From a virus, in IMG/VR virus record IMGVR_UViG_3300042922_000850, positions 1 through 64,000 of that record: 64,000 bases of DNA. One strand, written 5' to 3'. Position 1 is the stretch's first letter. Every line of letters starts with the position of its first letter. The notes under the pieces are model-generated. The model saw only the letters and a program-made list of their open reading frames with translations, was not told where the DNA came from and ran no database searches. A program made the translations under genes and the position numbers. Below, in pieces: positions 19,013 to 31,000 of the stretch.

Positions 19013-20038
19013 ATGACACAGAAAGCTAAAGTAATACTAAATGGTTTGTGTTATCTTGCACACCCCGCGACAACGTATGGAAAGCTCGAAGAAAATATAA
19101 AGAGTTCTGTACAAATTCAAAATCGTTTAGGCGAGTTATATGGAGCGTCTATAGTAAATCCCTTGATAACAATTGGGCAAAATTTAAGTTGGGAACTATG
19201 TATGGAACAATGTCACAAACTATTAAACGTATGCGAATGTTTAATCCTTAGTCCTAAGTGGTATTTGTCCCGAGGATGTAGGCAAGAAGTTATCTGGGCA
19301 ATAGAAGACAATAAATTGGCTTATGTTTATAACACAGAGACAGAGAAACTATCTGCGATATCCCGCGACGAATTAGAGCAGACGATTAGTACCAAAGAGG
19401 TATACAATGATGAAAATATTAATATAAAGCACGATGACAATCTCCTTTATATTAACTATTTTGGTAGCCGCTACACTTTTTCAAAAAATACGAAGCAGAT
19501 CATAACGCCAGACAATGATGACGCTTTGAAATCGAATGTAAACCCAGAAGATTACCTAGAAAGTATAGGCCGAGGAATACAGTTGTATTCACAACTCCCA
19601 GAAGAGTACATAAGCTTGCTTTCCGGTGGAATGGATTATTCTTTCTTTTTTGGGAAAGAAAACCAACTTTGTTTAAGGTCCGATAGGGAGAATGAATGTA
19701 TTTATCTTAACAAATATAACGCGTGGGTTTTATTCCAAATATTATTAGCCTTCGGTAACTCAAATTCCAAATTTATAAAAGACTGTTCTTTTGTTTTTGA
19801 CAGCCGCACAGAATCTAAAAATGTTACAACGTTCTTTTATTACGTAAATCCGGGTGGACATAAAATTGTCCTTGATTGCGAAGCGTCTCTAATAAAAGTG
19901 TATTACGATACAAAAATGAAAAGCGTTATAATATCGAAGGATGGAAGACATTTCGGGCTTACAAATCTGGAAACGCTCTATTTGCTAAGATTGCTTGATA
20001 TAAACCTTCCGAGCCATATGCTAATTCACAGCGCATAA
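19013..20038 (+). CDS. DUF1937/DUF4406-like (deoxyribosyltransferase-fold) N-terminal domain protein
   Basis: YLAHP...NP...W..S.GC..E...A pattern. Confidence 0.55.
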   Translation: MTQKAKVILNGLCYLAHPATTYGKLEENIKSSVQIQNRLGELYGASIVNPLITIGQNLSWELCMEQCHKLLNVCECLILSPKWYLSRGCRQEVIWAIEDNKLAYVYNTETEKLSAISRDELEQTISTKEVYNDENINIKHDDNLLYINYFGSRYTFSKNTKQIITPDNDDALKSNVNPEDYLESIGRGIQLYSQLPEEYISLLSGGMDYSFFFGKENQLCLRSDRENECIYLNKYNAWVLFQILLAFGNSNSKFIKDCSFVFDSRTESKNVTTFFYYVNPGGHKIVLDCEASLIKVYYDTKMKSVIISKDGRHFGLTNLETLYLLRLLDINLPSHMLIHSA

Positions 20039-20039
20039 T

Positions 20040-20092
20040 ACAACAAGGAACAACGCTATACCCTGTTGTGGTATAGCGTTGTTCCTTGTTGT
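20040..20092. terminator. 23-bp-stem hairpin
   Basis: acaacaaggaacaacgctatacc-7nt-ggtatagcgttgttccttgttgt. Confidence 0.7.
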
Positions 20093-20185
20093 TGGGTTTT
20101 GTCATGGCATATATAAAAAGGAGGGCACTTAAGAGCAATCCTAAGTCCAATTTAATAATAATATATAAGAGGTGATTGGTTCAAT

Positions 20186-20647
20186 ATGGAAGATAAATTA
20201 AAGATGCTTGTTAATCACTCTATGGAAGAGGAATACGCAAAATACATGGAGAGGCTAAAAGCTGATTGCAAAACGGAGAGTGAGAAACATTTTAGGGCAA
20301 AATATATGGCACAACCATATTACGATAAAAAATATGGCGCTAGAGATGAACTTGTGGATTTGATAAATGGAGAGCGTCGAACGAATCCCCTGGTTCATGC
20401 AATAGTGTTGAATTGTACAGAAAGAATAGATACACAGAAGAACTATTATGACAGGCGATATGCGGGAAGTCCAATAGAACAAAATCTTGATGTTATTTGC
20501 TTAGCGCTCATAAAGACTTTACTTGATCAAAACGAGAGTTTAAAAAAGCAAAATACCGAGTTTATTATCCGACAGCCAATTAGAATAGTGGAAGTTGAGA
20601 AAGGAACCATATCCGATGATAGTAAGAATTCCATTAATAACATTTGA
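20186..20647 (+). CDS. Hypothetical protein
   Basis: ORF with GAGGTG RBS. Confidence 0.7.
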   Translation: MEDKLKMLVNHSMEEEYAKYMERLKADCKTESEKHFRAKYMAQPYYDKKYGARDELVDLINGERRTNPLVHAIVLNCTERIDTQKNYYDRRYAGSPIEQNLDVICLALIKTLLDQNESLKKQNTEFIIRQPIRIVEVEKGTISDDSKNSINNI

Positions 20648-20894
20648 TAAGCCAGACAGCAATGGTCTTATGTATCTTTCTGAAGAAAAAGATGAAATAT
20701 ACAAAAAATTAAAGTGTCGCATCGATGCTCCGATTTATGATAAGACAAAAGGTGGAAGCGAAATAACAGGGACCATCGTCGATATTTCTTACGGTCGCAC
20801 CGGAGAGGCGGATATCGTCGCAGAAGCGGAATTATTTTTAAGCCACGGCGCAGCAAATATACATGGCATAAGTATCTTCAAAAAGGAGATGTAA
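20595..20894 (+). CDS. Hypothetical protein
   Basis: Fills gap in operon; probable start at MIVRIP. Confidence 0.6.
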   Translation: MRKEPYPMIVRIPLITFDKPDSNGLMYLSEEKDEIYKKLKCRIDAPIYDKTKGGSEITGTIVDISYGRTGEADIVAEAELFLSHGAANIHGISIFKKEM

Positions 20895-20898
20895 CAAT

Positions 20899-21582
20899 AT
20901 GATTATAATGGCATTTGATTTATCTTCTGTCTGTGTTGGTGTTACAGCCGTTGAAATGAAACGTGGCGGGGTGATAACGAAAATGCGCTCGTGTCCCATT
21001 ATGCCGCCTAATTTTGACCCGACCATCCTTGGTTATATGAAATCGAAAAAGAAACTAAAAACCAAGGATGGAAAGAAGGAACTGAATACTTACTATAAAC
21101 ATGGCGAGACAGTAATTACTGTGGCCGAAAAAACCAGAAGAGACAAAGAGGTTAGAGCGCAAAAAGATATTTATGTGATGCAGAAGATATCCCAGACTAT
21201 CAACAGTCTAATAGGAGGCGTAAGACCTGACATTGTGCTCGTAGAAAAGAATGCAATTTTTAATGGCATATTAACTTCAATTCTGCTCGGTAAAGTAATG
21301 GGGTGTCTCATAAGTCTTACAGGGATATACAGCATTCCTCTTCACGAGTATCCTGTAGGCCAAGCGCGGAGTGTATTTAATTTGGCGGAGATCATTAGAG
21401 CCTTTCAAAAAAGACATACATACGAAGAGCTACAATCTGTCCCCGACATTACAAAAAGAGCCCTTCGAGAATATTTAGAAGAGATATATGGACGATACGG
21501 GATCGTATTTCAAACAGATGATGAATCTGATTCCTGTGTGGTCTTCCACTACTGGTTAAATAAAGTATATGACGGGTCGTAG
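20899..21582 (+). CDS. RuvC-like Holliday junction resolvase
   Basis: AFDLS, VLVEK, DESDS acidic catalytic pattern. Confidence 0.75.
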   Translation: MIIMAFDLSSVCVGVTAVEMKRGGVITKMRSCPIMPPNFDPTILGYMKSKKKLKTKDGKKELNTYYKHGETVITVAEKTRRDKEVRAQKDIYVMQKISQTINSLIGGVRPDIVLVEKNAIFNGILTSILLGKVMGCLISLTGIYSIPLHEYPVGQARSVFNLAEIIRAFQKRHTYEELQSVPDITKRALREYLEEIYGRYGIVFQTDDESDSCVVFHYWLNKVYDGS

Positions 21583-21602
21583 TTTGACCCGTCATATACT
21601 TT
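21562..21602 (+). terminator. 17-bp-stem hairpin
   Basis: aaagtatatgacgggtc-7nt-gacccgtcatatacttt. Confidence 0.65.
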
Positions 21603-21618
21603 TAAGAAAGGAGATTTA

Positions 21619-23772
21619 ATGGACAATATTGACGAGTTCAATATTATTGAACTGGACGAGACAATGAAGATTGAAGAAGAAAAGATAAGAAACGAAATCA
21701 TGGAGGACATGGATAAAATATTTTCTGCGGATGGTCTCATTAAGAAATTTAAAGATGACTATATTCCAAGGCAAAGTCAGATTGATGCCGCTAAAAATCT
21801 AATGGACGTTTTAACAGATAGCGGACATATTATTCTCGAAGGTCCTTGTGGGTTCGGAAAAACATTTGCTTACCTGGTACCGACCTTTATGCATATGATT
21901 TACTCACCATCGCCAGTAAGAGTGATTTTAGTTACAAACGGGATATCTCTACAAGAGCAATTGTTTTATAAAGATATCCCGTTTATTAACAAGCTGTTTA
22001 ATGAAATGTATAGTCAAGATACTGCTTTTGCGATGTTGAAAGGGAAAGGAAACTTTATTTGTAAGAATAAAATGTCTGACCTGATGATGACAAGAAACAT
22101 GTCAGGGGTAGGCACAGGCAAGATATTGCAGATGTACAATAAAGAGAATATTCCAAATGGGGATATATCACATCTAAACTTCGTCCCCGACTACACGACA
22201 TTATCTGAAGTTGCTTGCACGGAAGAGGGAGAATGCTTAGGTACATCTTGTGGGTTTTATAACGTATGTTATTATCAGCTTGCGAGACAGAAAGCATCCA
22301 TCGCTAAAATTGTCGTTACAAATTACCACATGCTCTTCAGCGACTTAAGAACCGGCGGAAGAATATTAGGTGGGTACGATATTGTAATCTTTGATGAGGC
22401 TCACGAAATCCCAAGCATCTACAGGGATTTCTTAGAAGAAAAAATATCTGTCGGTACCTTTACTGGGATTAGAAATAAAATCTCAGAAGTGTCGAAGCAA
22501 GACGAAGACATTAAAGATAATATAATATCCAGGATTGTATTTGATTGGGTTCTGAAATCAGCGGAAACTTTCTTTGAAAAGGTTCAGCGAACATTGTTTG
22601 TTAACCCGGAAAAAGATGAAGTTAAAATGCTAGATGCTACAATGTCATTGTGTTCATATCCTGAAATCCAGAAAGATTTCATGGCAGCCGTATCACACCT
22701 ACAATCGGGCCTAGAAGAAATTATTGATTTTTGTAAGAATAAGATCGTGATTATATCCGCTCCTTATGAATCCGAATACGATATCCCGCCAAGTTTGAGA
22801 GAGGAGTACAATCACTATGCCGGCATTCATAATCGGATGTTGATGCAATTGGAAAAAACAGAGAAAATTACCAAGATAATCATGAGATATAAAGATATGG
22901 TAAGTGATAATAAGATCGTTTACTGGGTAGAAAATAAGGAAGGTAAGATACATATCAAACTGAAACCGGTCTCGGTATCGGATGAACTATATGAAAATTT
23001 CTTTTCTAAGCGAGATCTTTCGTGCATTGTTACATCGGCTACATTGAGTGTGAATGGGAACTTTAATTATATTAAGGAACAACTGGGATTAAACAGATCA
23101 ATTGAAAATAAATCTGTTTCAGAATTTATTGGACAGTCTCCATTTGATTTAAAATCGCAGGAGCTATGGTATCTGCCAACAGAAATTATTGACGGAGATA
23201 GCAAAAATTCGAGAGCATTTCAAGAACTATTACCAAAACAACTCATAGAAATTTTGGAAGTTTCGAAAGGTGGCGTACTCTGTTTGTTTACCTCAAATTT
23301 TAATCTAAACTACGCCCACAGCGCAGTTTCTAAAGCTCTGCCTAAAATGAGAATATTAAAGCAGGGCAATCTTCCGAGGACAAAACTTATAGAGCAATTT
23401 AAAGATGACAGAGACTCTGTTTTATTCGCGACAAGGTCGTTCTTCACAGGCGTTGACATACCAGGAGATTCTTTGCGCTGTTTAATCATTGATAAATTCC
23501 CATTTCCAAGTCCTGGTGACCCGGTTATGATGAAAATACAAAAATTACTCGGCCCAAAAACATTCGGTAAGCATTACATTCCGGAAATGGTAATTACACT
23601 AAAGCAAGCTGTTGGCAGGGGTGTAAGAACAATTACAGATAAATGTGTCATCGTAATCCTTGATGGAAGAATGGCAACAGCTAACTACAAAGGAGAAATA
23701 TTTAACAGCTTTTCTTATGAAAAGACCGGCACACGAAACATCGAAGATGTGAAGAAATTTTTGGAGGGATAA
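21619..23772 (+). CDS. DinG/YoaA-family Fe-S DNA helicase
   Basis: GPCGFGKTFAYL, KGKGNFIC, Cys cluster, DEAH, TSATL, GVDIPG, QAVGRGVR. Confidence 0.92.
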   Translation: MDNIDEFNIIELDETMKIEEEKIRNEIMEDMDKIFSADGLIKKFKDDYIPRQSQIDAAKNLMDVLTDSGHIILEGPCGFGKTFAYLVPTFMHMIYSPSPVRVILVTNGISLQEQLFYKDIPFINKLFNEMYSQDTAFAMLKGKGNFICKNKMSDLMMTRNMSGVGTGKILQMYNKENIPNGDISHLNFVPDYTTLSEVACTEEGECLGTSCGFYNVCYYQLARQKASIAKIVVTNYHMLFSDLRTGGRILGGYDIVIFDEAHEIPSIYRDFLEEKISVGTFTGIRNKISEVSKQDEDIKDNIISRIVFDWVLKSAETFFEKVQRTLFVNPEKDEVKMLDATMSLCSYPEIQKDFMAAVSHLQSGLEEIIDFCKNKIVIISAPYESEYDIPPSLREEYNHYAGIHNRMLMQLEKTEKITKIIMRYKDMVSDNKIVYWVENKEGKIHIKLKPVSVSDELYENFFSKRDLSCIVTSATLSVNGNFNYIKEQLGLNRSIENKSVSEFIGQSPFDLKSQELWYLPTEIIDGDSKNSRAFQELLPKQLIEILEVSKGGVLCLFTSNFNLNYAHSAVSKALPKMRILKQGNLPRTKLIEQFKDDRDSVLFATRSFFTGVDIPGDSLRCLIIDKFPFPSPGDPVMMKIQKLLGPKTFGKHYIPEMVITLKQAVGRGVRTITDKCVIVILDGRMATANYKGEIFNSFSYEKTGTRNIEDVKKFLEG

Positions 23773-23776
23773 TAAA

Positions 23777-24106
23777 ATGAGTTGTCTTAAAAAGAAGAAG
23801 TTTTTAATTTTCCAAGTGCTACTTATAGGCACCAACACAGACAGAGATTTAGGTGAAGAAGCGGTAAAACGGTTGAATTATGACTGTGAGAAAAGAATAG
23901 AATTGTATGACCCAATGTTTGGGGATATAATGCAGGTACGTTCTGCGGAAGATAATACCATCGTCTTGACCGGAGAGATACGTGCATATACTTCTCAGGG
24001 ATGCAAAGGTCTCTATGCGGATTTTAAATACATCGCAAAAAAGTATTTCCATCAATGCAAGAAGACCAGGGACTTAATGGTTATGGAAGGCGACTGTATA
24101 TTCTAA
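23777..24106 (+). CDS. Hypothetical protein
   Basis: ORF with RBS, coupled to the helicase gene. Confidence 0.6.
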   Translation: MSCLKKKKFLIFQVLLIGTNTDRDLGEEAVKRLNYDCEKRIELYDPMFGDIMQVRSAEDNTIVLTGEIRAYTSQGCKGLYADFKYIAKKYFHQCKKTRDLMVMEGDCIF

Positions 24107-24109
24107 TTA

Positions 24110-24146
24110 AAATAAGTACTGCCGGCATTGCCGGCAGTACTTATTT
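24110..24146. terminator. Bidirectional terminator-like palindrome between convergent genes
   Basis: 18-bp arms with a 1-nt centre. Confidence 0.75.
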
Positions 24147-24446
24147 ATTCAGTTCTCTTACTTTATTAGAAAACTCTCGATTAAATGACATTTTGGGTAA
24201 CTTGCGTTTGGGCCTCATGACTTTGCCATTTTCTTTAAAATCAAAGGCTAGCTTTTCTGCGACATCATCCACTTTCATTGTTCCAAGATGTTGTATACCA
24301 ACGTTGTGCCCAGAGAACATTTGGTCCATGATGGTGTCAATATAACAATTGATATACTCTTCTACTACGTTCTTAGGCTTGCCGGTTTTTTCGCATACCA
24401 TTTTTACAATTTGTTTATGATTGATTTTATTAGCTTCACCCTTCAA
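24141..24446 (-). CDS. Second, divergent HU/IHF-like protein
   Basis: V.I.HLGTM.V...P.M.F...F...V pattern; lacks GRNP. Confidence 0.65.
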   Translation of the reverse strand: MKGEANKINHKQIVKMVCEKTGKPKNVVEEYINCYIDTIMDQMFSGHNVGIQHLGTMKVDDVAEKLAFDFKENGKVMRPKRKLPKMSFNREFSNKVRELNK

Positions 24447-24597
24447 TGGACCGTACTCCTCTTATTCTTTGAATTTTTCGCATATGGTATGCACCATGAC
24501 TCTGACACTCCTTGCGGCCGCGGAAAGAGTAGTTTATTTGTTGGCCTTGAAATAAACAAATCAAAGTGCGTACCATATGCTAATTTATATAAACAGT

Positions 24598-24990
24598 CTA
24601 CTTGGCATTAACTACCTTGTCACCGTCTATTACTACTTTATCTGGAAGCTTACCATAATCTTCGAAGGCCTTGGTGACAATCCGCTTATTCTTAGCTTCA
24701 ATACTCTTTCTTTTCAAATCTTTATAATATTGCATTTTGGCTAAGTAATATTTGTTGGCACTCTCATAAGTTTCAATGTTAGTCTGAATCGCCGCTTTCG
24801 ATAAAAATAAACTCTCTTCTTCCGCGTGTTCCAGATAATCATTTAGGAAATTTAATTCCAATTGCCCTCTAGTCAGTTCTTCTCTAGCGTTGTTCAATTC
24901 TTGATTAATAATTTTCTGTTTTACTGGTAGTTCTCTTTTTTCTTTTTTGTTCACATGTTTATTATTTTCCAATGTTAACGCCTCCAACAA
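24598..24990 (-). CDS. Coiled-coil hypothetical protein
   Basis: ORF behind a consensus sigA promoter. Confidence 0.6.
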   Translation of the reverse strand: MLEALTLENNKHVNKKEKRELPVKQKIINQELNNAREELTRGQLELNFLNDYLEHAEEESLFLSKAAIQTNIETYESANKYYLAKMQYYKDLKRKSIEAKNKRIVTKAFEDYGKLPDKVVIDGDKVVNAK

Positions 24991-25014
24991 TTAGGATGTT
25001 TGTTCTACGACTAT

Positions 25015-25044
25015 ATTATAAAATATCTTTTACACCCTTGTCAA
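25015..25044 (-). promoter_or_regulatory. SigA-type promoter TTGACA-18-TATAAT
   Basis: Perfect hexamers upstream of 24990. Confidence 0.65.
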
Positions 25045-25093
25045 GACATATTATGCGGCAAACACCATAAAGATATCCGCCGCATAATAATAA

Positions 25094-28000
25094 CTATTTT
25101 ATCTTACCAAACAGATTAAACATTCTTGTAGCAACTCCATTGCCTTTGTCAGCAGGAATGTCGAAACCTTCTCCGACATTTAATAATTTTCCGGTCATTT
25201 GTCTTGATCTAGGATCGTTTAATTTATCGACCTGACCAAGTGTGGCTCCCCTTGCCAATTGAGACATAATGTCTTCGTGCCCAAGGTTACTAAGCCAATT
25301 ACTATGACCGTGTGTGGCAATAGTATTCTTAGAATGAAGCTGATTTTCAAAAACAATCAGTCTCGGCTGTACTTTAATTTCTTTATATCCCGCAGTTCTC
25401 AACGCAATTAAGGACATCTCATTAATTACTTCCCCTTTTGCAATAATAACTGTGTTGGCTCTGCTCTTATAAGTCTCTCCAGATTTCCTACCAACAATCG
25501 CTGCTGTATTACCTATGGATATCTTCCTTACGCTGTAAGGTGTACTGTTCTCGGTATTCCATTTAATCAATGCATTACGGTCAACTTCATCGCCTTTCAT
25601 AAAATGAGAATCGCCAGAATCGAGCACTTTTGCTTTCGAAGTCATTTTTCCTATAATAAGTTCTTCATGCCTTCTGTCAATAGACCCTGAGCTTGTGGTT
25701 TTCTTAAAGGCGTAATCCATAGAGTTTGTTAAATAATTTTGTACATAATCAAGCGCTGTGTCGCTATCAAATTCGGATGCCTTTAATTTATACAGTTCTT
25801 TTGGATCAGCATTAGTAAAGACAACATCTTTGTTTGATATATTTTCTAAATCTTCGCTGTCGCCAGGTGTAAGGAAATCTCCTTTTACTACCTTGTCACC
25901 AACAGATACCTTTAATGGTTGGCTTTTTCCGTCGATATGAGGAACCCCATGGGCTTTACCATTAATGAATAAGATATCCTGTGCGGGCCCTTTTTCAATT
26001 CCGGTTACTGTACCACTTATTTTTGCGAGTATAGCCGGAGTTGACTTATCTTTCCCTAAATTGAGGATGGTCTCTATTCTCGGAAGACCAAGTGTCGCTC
26101 CTGATCCAGTTCCACCACTATGAAATGTATTCATAGTCATCTGCATTACCGGTTCACCCATCGCATGAGACGCTAGCGTGCCCACAGGGGTGCCTTCTTT
26201 TGGTAGCTGTATTGTTTGAGGCATTGCCCCGTAACACAACTGACAAACGCCACCAACGGCCTTGCATTTTAACGGAGACCGAACCTTTGCTTGCTTTATT
26301 GTAGGATCTTTATAAAGTCTATTCCTAATATCCCTCGTGATCATCTGGTTTCTCTTAACCAGAATAGTACCAGCCTCACCGACGATGTCCTCTGCCGCAA
26401 TTCTTCCGTCAATGGTGTTATTGCTAATTGGCAAATAAATGCCTTCTCTGGTTTTGCAGTCCTTCTCTACAATTAAAACATCCTGCGCTGCAGACCAAAC
26501 TTCACGTGTAATTTCACCAGGTGCACTAGTAGATACAGACCTATCCGACATACCTTTACGTGAATCCTTGCCATGAATCCAATATTCCTCCGGCGATAAC
26601 CCATCAAAATGAGAACTCTTTACTGGCACAGTTAATCGTTTATTGATATCCATCCCGACGCCAGCGGTAACCATCATTCTTCTTATCTGCCCTGCATTTG
26701 CCCTCGCACCAGAAGCCATCATAATCTGCAACGGGTTCTCTGCATCTAAAATACGGCCAGCTTTCAGTTCGGTTTCAATTTCCTCTTCCGCGTTTCTCCA
26801 ACCGGTAATAAGTGCAGCCTCAGTGTCACCGAGGTCTTTTTTAGCAGCAGTAAGATTTTTATCAAAGATTGCATCTGCAGCTTCTATTTTCTTGAAATCA
26901 CTTGACCCGATAGAAATACCTGATCTCGTAGCCGCTTCAAAACCAAGCTGTTTAATATCATCCATGATAGAACTAATCTTAATCTTGGAGATTTCTTTCC
27001 ATCCTGATTCCTCCCCGTCACGATACATTGTTCGAAGCATCTTCTCAATCTCGCTCTTACCCCAAGTCTGTTTAAAATTACGGTATTTCTCAGGAAGAAG
27101 TAAGTTAAACATCATCTGCCCTGCAGTGACGTTTGATATATTGCCCATACTGATCTTGGTTCTTGCTTTAACCAACCCGTCTTTGTAATCCTTCCGCAAT
27201 TTCCTATAATCAGAATAAGTGACACCACTTCCTTCTGGCTTGTCGGAGTTTACGGTTAAGTAATAGATGCCGAGGACCATCTCGTGGCGCACATTGACAA
27301 TCATTTTACCATCGGTAGGGTTAATTAAATTATCAGATGGTTTCATCAACAGCTTAGCTTCTTCGTTTGCCCTTTCTGTTACAGCGGTATGGGCTGCCAT
27401 TGTATCTCCGTCAAAGTCTGCATTAAAACCTTCAACAACTAAGGGATTTAAATGCATGCTACGAACTACTGTGCCATCTTCAGTCTCTTTGATTACCGGA
27501 TCAAAAGCCATAATACTAAACTTGTGAAGCGAAGGCTGACGATTTAACATAATGGGTCTATCTTTGGCCACCTGTCTAATTACATACTTTGTATCCTCGT
27601 CTAGAGCCTTGTATTTTTTATTTGCTTCAATAGTGTTGGATGCGAAACCATCGTTAATTAATCCTTTAATGATAAATGGTTTATACATCTGCCTAGCCAT
27701 ATCAATAGGAATGCCGACCTCGTTCATTTTAAGCATTGGATCAACACCAATAACAGAACGACCAGAGAAATCCACTCTCTTGCTCAACATCTCACTACGG
27801 ATAAGACCTTCTTTTGAACCAAGAGCATCTTTAATTCCTTTTAGCTCTTTCTTGGTCTTAATGTCTTTCCTTGTAGTGTGACCAGTTAAGTCAGTTAGTC
27901 TATTGTAGATATTACCCACACCCTTTGCCGCGCTAAGTACATCTCTGGATTGATATAAATCACCGATTTCCGTGTCGGCCTTAACAGGATTGTTTGCTTT

Positions 28001-31000
28001 AATGAGTTCGCCGTAGAGCTTATTTAAATCATCAATAATGTACGATTTCTTATCATCAGTTTGATTAACCGGCCTTAAGTACGTTGGAGCAACTGGAACA
28101 TACCGCATCATTAAGTCTGACGCCTCCATGTGGTTGGTGTTAAGCATGGTTAAAAGCTTCATCTTCTTATAGGCTTTATCAATCTTGTCGCCTTGCGCCT
28201 TTTGAAGTTCAACCTTTGCTCTGCCGAGCTCTTTCTCCACGTTGACCTTATCCATTATGCTTTCCAGAGCTTCTCCTCCGGCCTGCCACAAAATGTATTT
28301 GCCATCCATATTTAGCTTTTCAATTTCTTCAGGAGCAACCAGAGAACCGGGTTTTAACCCAGCTTCGTCCATATCTTGCTTGTGTTTTTCCCTAACGCTT
28401 GCTGGCATAGTGTCAAACGGAGTATATTTATCAGGGTCTAAAATTAAAACTTTTTTACCCTTTGTTAACTCTTGCAGTTCTTTTGTTTTCATACCGGTCA
28501 ATAAAACATACGGATTATAAGAACTATCTTGCATCAATACTGGGTTTGGAAGCGGAACAGCAAGTTTTACAAAACCCCACTTCTTTCTCTCGTCCAAAGT
28601 TCTTTTTTCACCAAAAATCTTGGGGTCCATCAGTCCACCGATAACAGGAACATCTTCTTTAGTTTCGCTCTTCTTCTTTGATTTAGAAGCTTCCCCATGA
28701 GTATCTTTAGAGGTATATAATTTAGGTTCCTTTACTTCGGCATTCTTTCCAACCATTTTAATAAACTCGGAGGATTTCATTGGCTGGATTGATATATTAT
28801 CAAATACATCGTCAAAAGAACCAACTTCCTTGCCGTTATATAAAGGCTTAACATTAAGACCTAGCACTTTCAGTGAATCGCTCATTACCTTTAGTGACAT
28901 TGGTGTTGCAGGCATATCTAAACTGTCCAACTTACCGGTAGAAATTGCATTATACATGGCAATTCTTGTTTGAGCGTCCCCTCCACCATCGGATTTAATT
29001 GTGGAGCTCTCTAAAATATTCCAAACTGCCTGATGCCCTTGTAATGCCCTCATTTCCATTTCGCCTAAACTTTGCGGGTTGTGTTTTTCACCGGCTGACG
29101 AACCAACTTTTTTAGAAGGCATGTTAGATTTTCGGCTTGGGTCGGTCTCCAAGTTATAACGCGCTTGGATTTTATCGTCCGCTTTATGTTTTAATTTCAT
29201 GATATACATGTTGCCAGCTGTGATTGGATTTTCTACGGGTATCTGTTTGATACTTCCGTCCAAATCCTTCTGCCTTAAATAAACCTTCATTTTGCCGTCT
29301 GTGTATCCGATATCTTTTAATGCTTGAAGAACCCTATCCTTCTCTTTATGATCGAAATTCATAACATTGTAAGCTTTCCCTGTTTTCTCAGAAGCCAAGC
29401 CAGCATTTACTTCAAGCACCTGCCCAACATTCTTTCTTGAAGGAACAGCTAATGGCGAAAATAATAAATCGGGAGTGGTGTTATCTTCTAAAATTGGCAT
29501 TTCTTCATCATCCAGAATTTTTGTAATTGTGCCTTTATTCCCGTGGCGACCAGAAATTTTATCTCCAATTTTAAGAGGCTTTGAATTAACAAGAGTTATG
29601 ATGATCTTCTGCTTATTGGATGCATCGGGATTATCAATAACGGTAACCCTTTTAACAACGCCCTCTACGTAACTTGAACTTTCTATGCGAATTGGATTAA
29701 ACCTATAATTTAGGTTTTTGTCAGCTGCTAAGATAGCTTCTTCATAATCACTGCTGCCCTCGCGGATCATGGGCTTTAAAGTCGCAACGAGGATATCTCC
29801 AGGCTTTACCTTTTCTCCGACTTTAATAATACCGTCTTCATCTAATCTATTTTTAAACTCATGAACCGACGTGTAACCAACAAGTTCGCTCATGATACTG
29901 CTACCGCGCCCGCCCTTATTAATTCTTGAAATTTCAACGGTCTGTTCATCCATTTCTTCTGTCGCCATTCGGTTTGCAAAAGAGCGTTTTATAACAATAC
30001 CGTCTTCGTAGTTGTATCCTTTAAACGGAAGAAAAGCAACTTTAGCATTCAGACCAAGAGCCAAGCTACCGTCTTTAGTTTGCCATCCTTCAGCGAGCAA
30101 ATCACCACTCTTTACTTTGTCCCCAGGCTTCACAACTACTTCGTTATTAATAAAACTTTGGTTTAATGGATAGTACTCGAAGAAATTCTTTGAATATTTC
30201 TTTCCGTCGTCACCCTTAATAACAATTTTGCCATCTTTGATTGTTTGAACTTCTCCGGCAATATCGGAACGAACTGGCTTTCCGTACTGTTCGCCAATAT
30301 ATTTTTCGTAAGTTAAGTTCTTTGAGGCATCCATCATATTACCAACAAGAGGCACTTCTCTGTTCTTCAAGATAATCGCTTGTTTCTGCATGTTTGCGCC
30401 CATCAAAGCTCTATTTCCGTCATCATGAGCTACAAATGGAATTAAGTTCGCTGCGTAGCCCATAACATCACGAGAGTCTCTGTCAACGTACTTTACTTCC
30501 GAAATAGGGACCTCTGTGATTTTTCCGAGTTTTCTTGCAGGGACTTTATTTTTTGTAAACTGCAGTTTATTCCCAGACACAGTAATATAACGACTGTCAT
30601 TGAAAGCGACAACCGTATCATATTCCTCATCCGGTGATAAGTAAACTTCGTTGCTTGGAATCGCTTTTGCAACACCGCTAACGACCTTTAGGACAGGAGC
30701 CTTAATGGTTCTGTTTTCAATAATAGCGCTTTGCGTTAAGTGCTCCACCAAACCAATGTTCCCTGATTCTGGAGTTTCAATAGGATCAATTCTGTTCATT
30801 GAGTTTGCTGCTAAATTTCTAGCAGACCATTCATTTCTTGCAGCATCAGAAGATAAACCACCCTCACCAAGCTGAGTGATCTTTTTTGACATACCGGCCA
30901 TAAACAAAGGATTTGTTTCTTCTGGAGTTTGCACGATGGAACTGGAACTCATAAATTTACTTAAAGTCTGCCCTATTTTTGTTGTGGTTCTAACATCAGT

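Noticed and set aside
21549-21740. Minus-strand ORF sharing KVYDGS with the RuvC-like C-terminus
   Set aside because: Consequence of the 17-bp hairpin; antisense to the DinG gene
24440-24600. Open stretch between the 130-aa ORF and second HU gene
   Set aside because: No convincing start and RBS; cannot support a gene or RNA call
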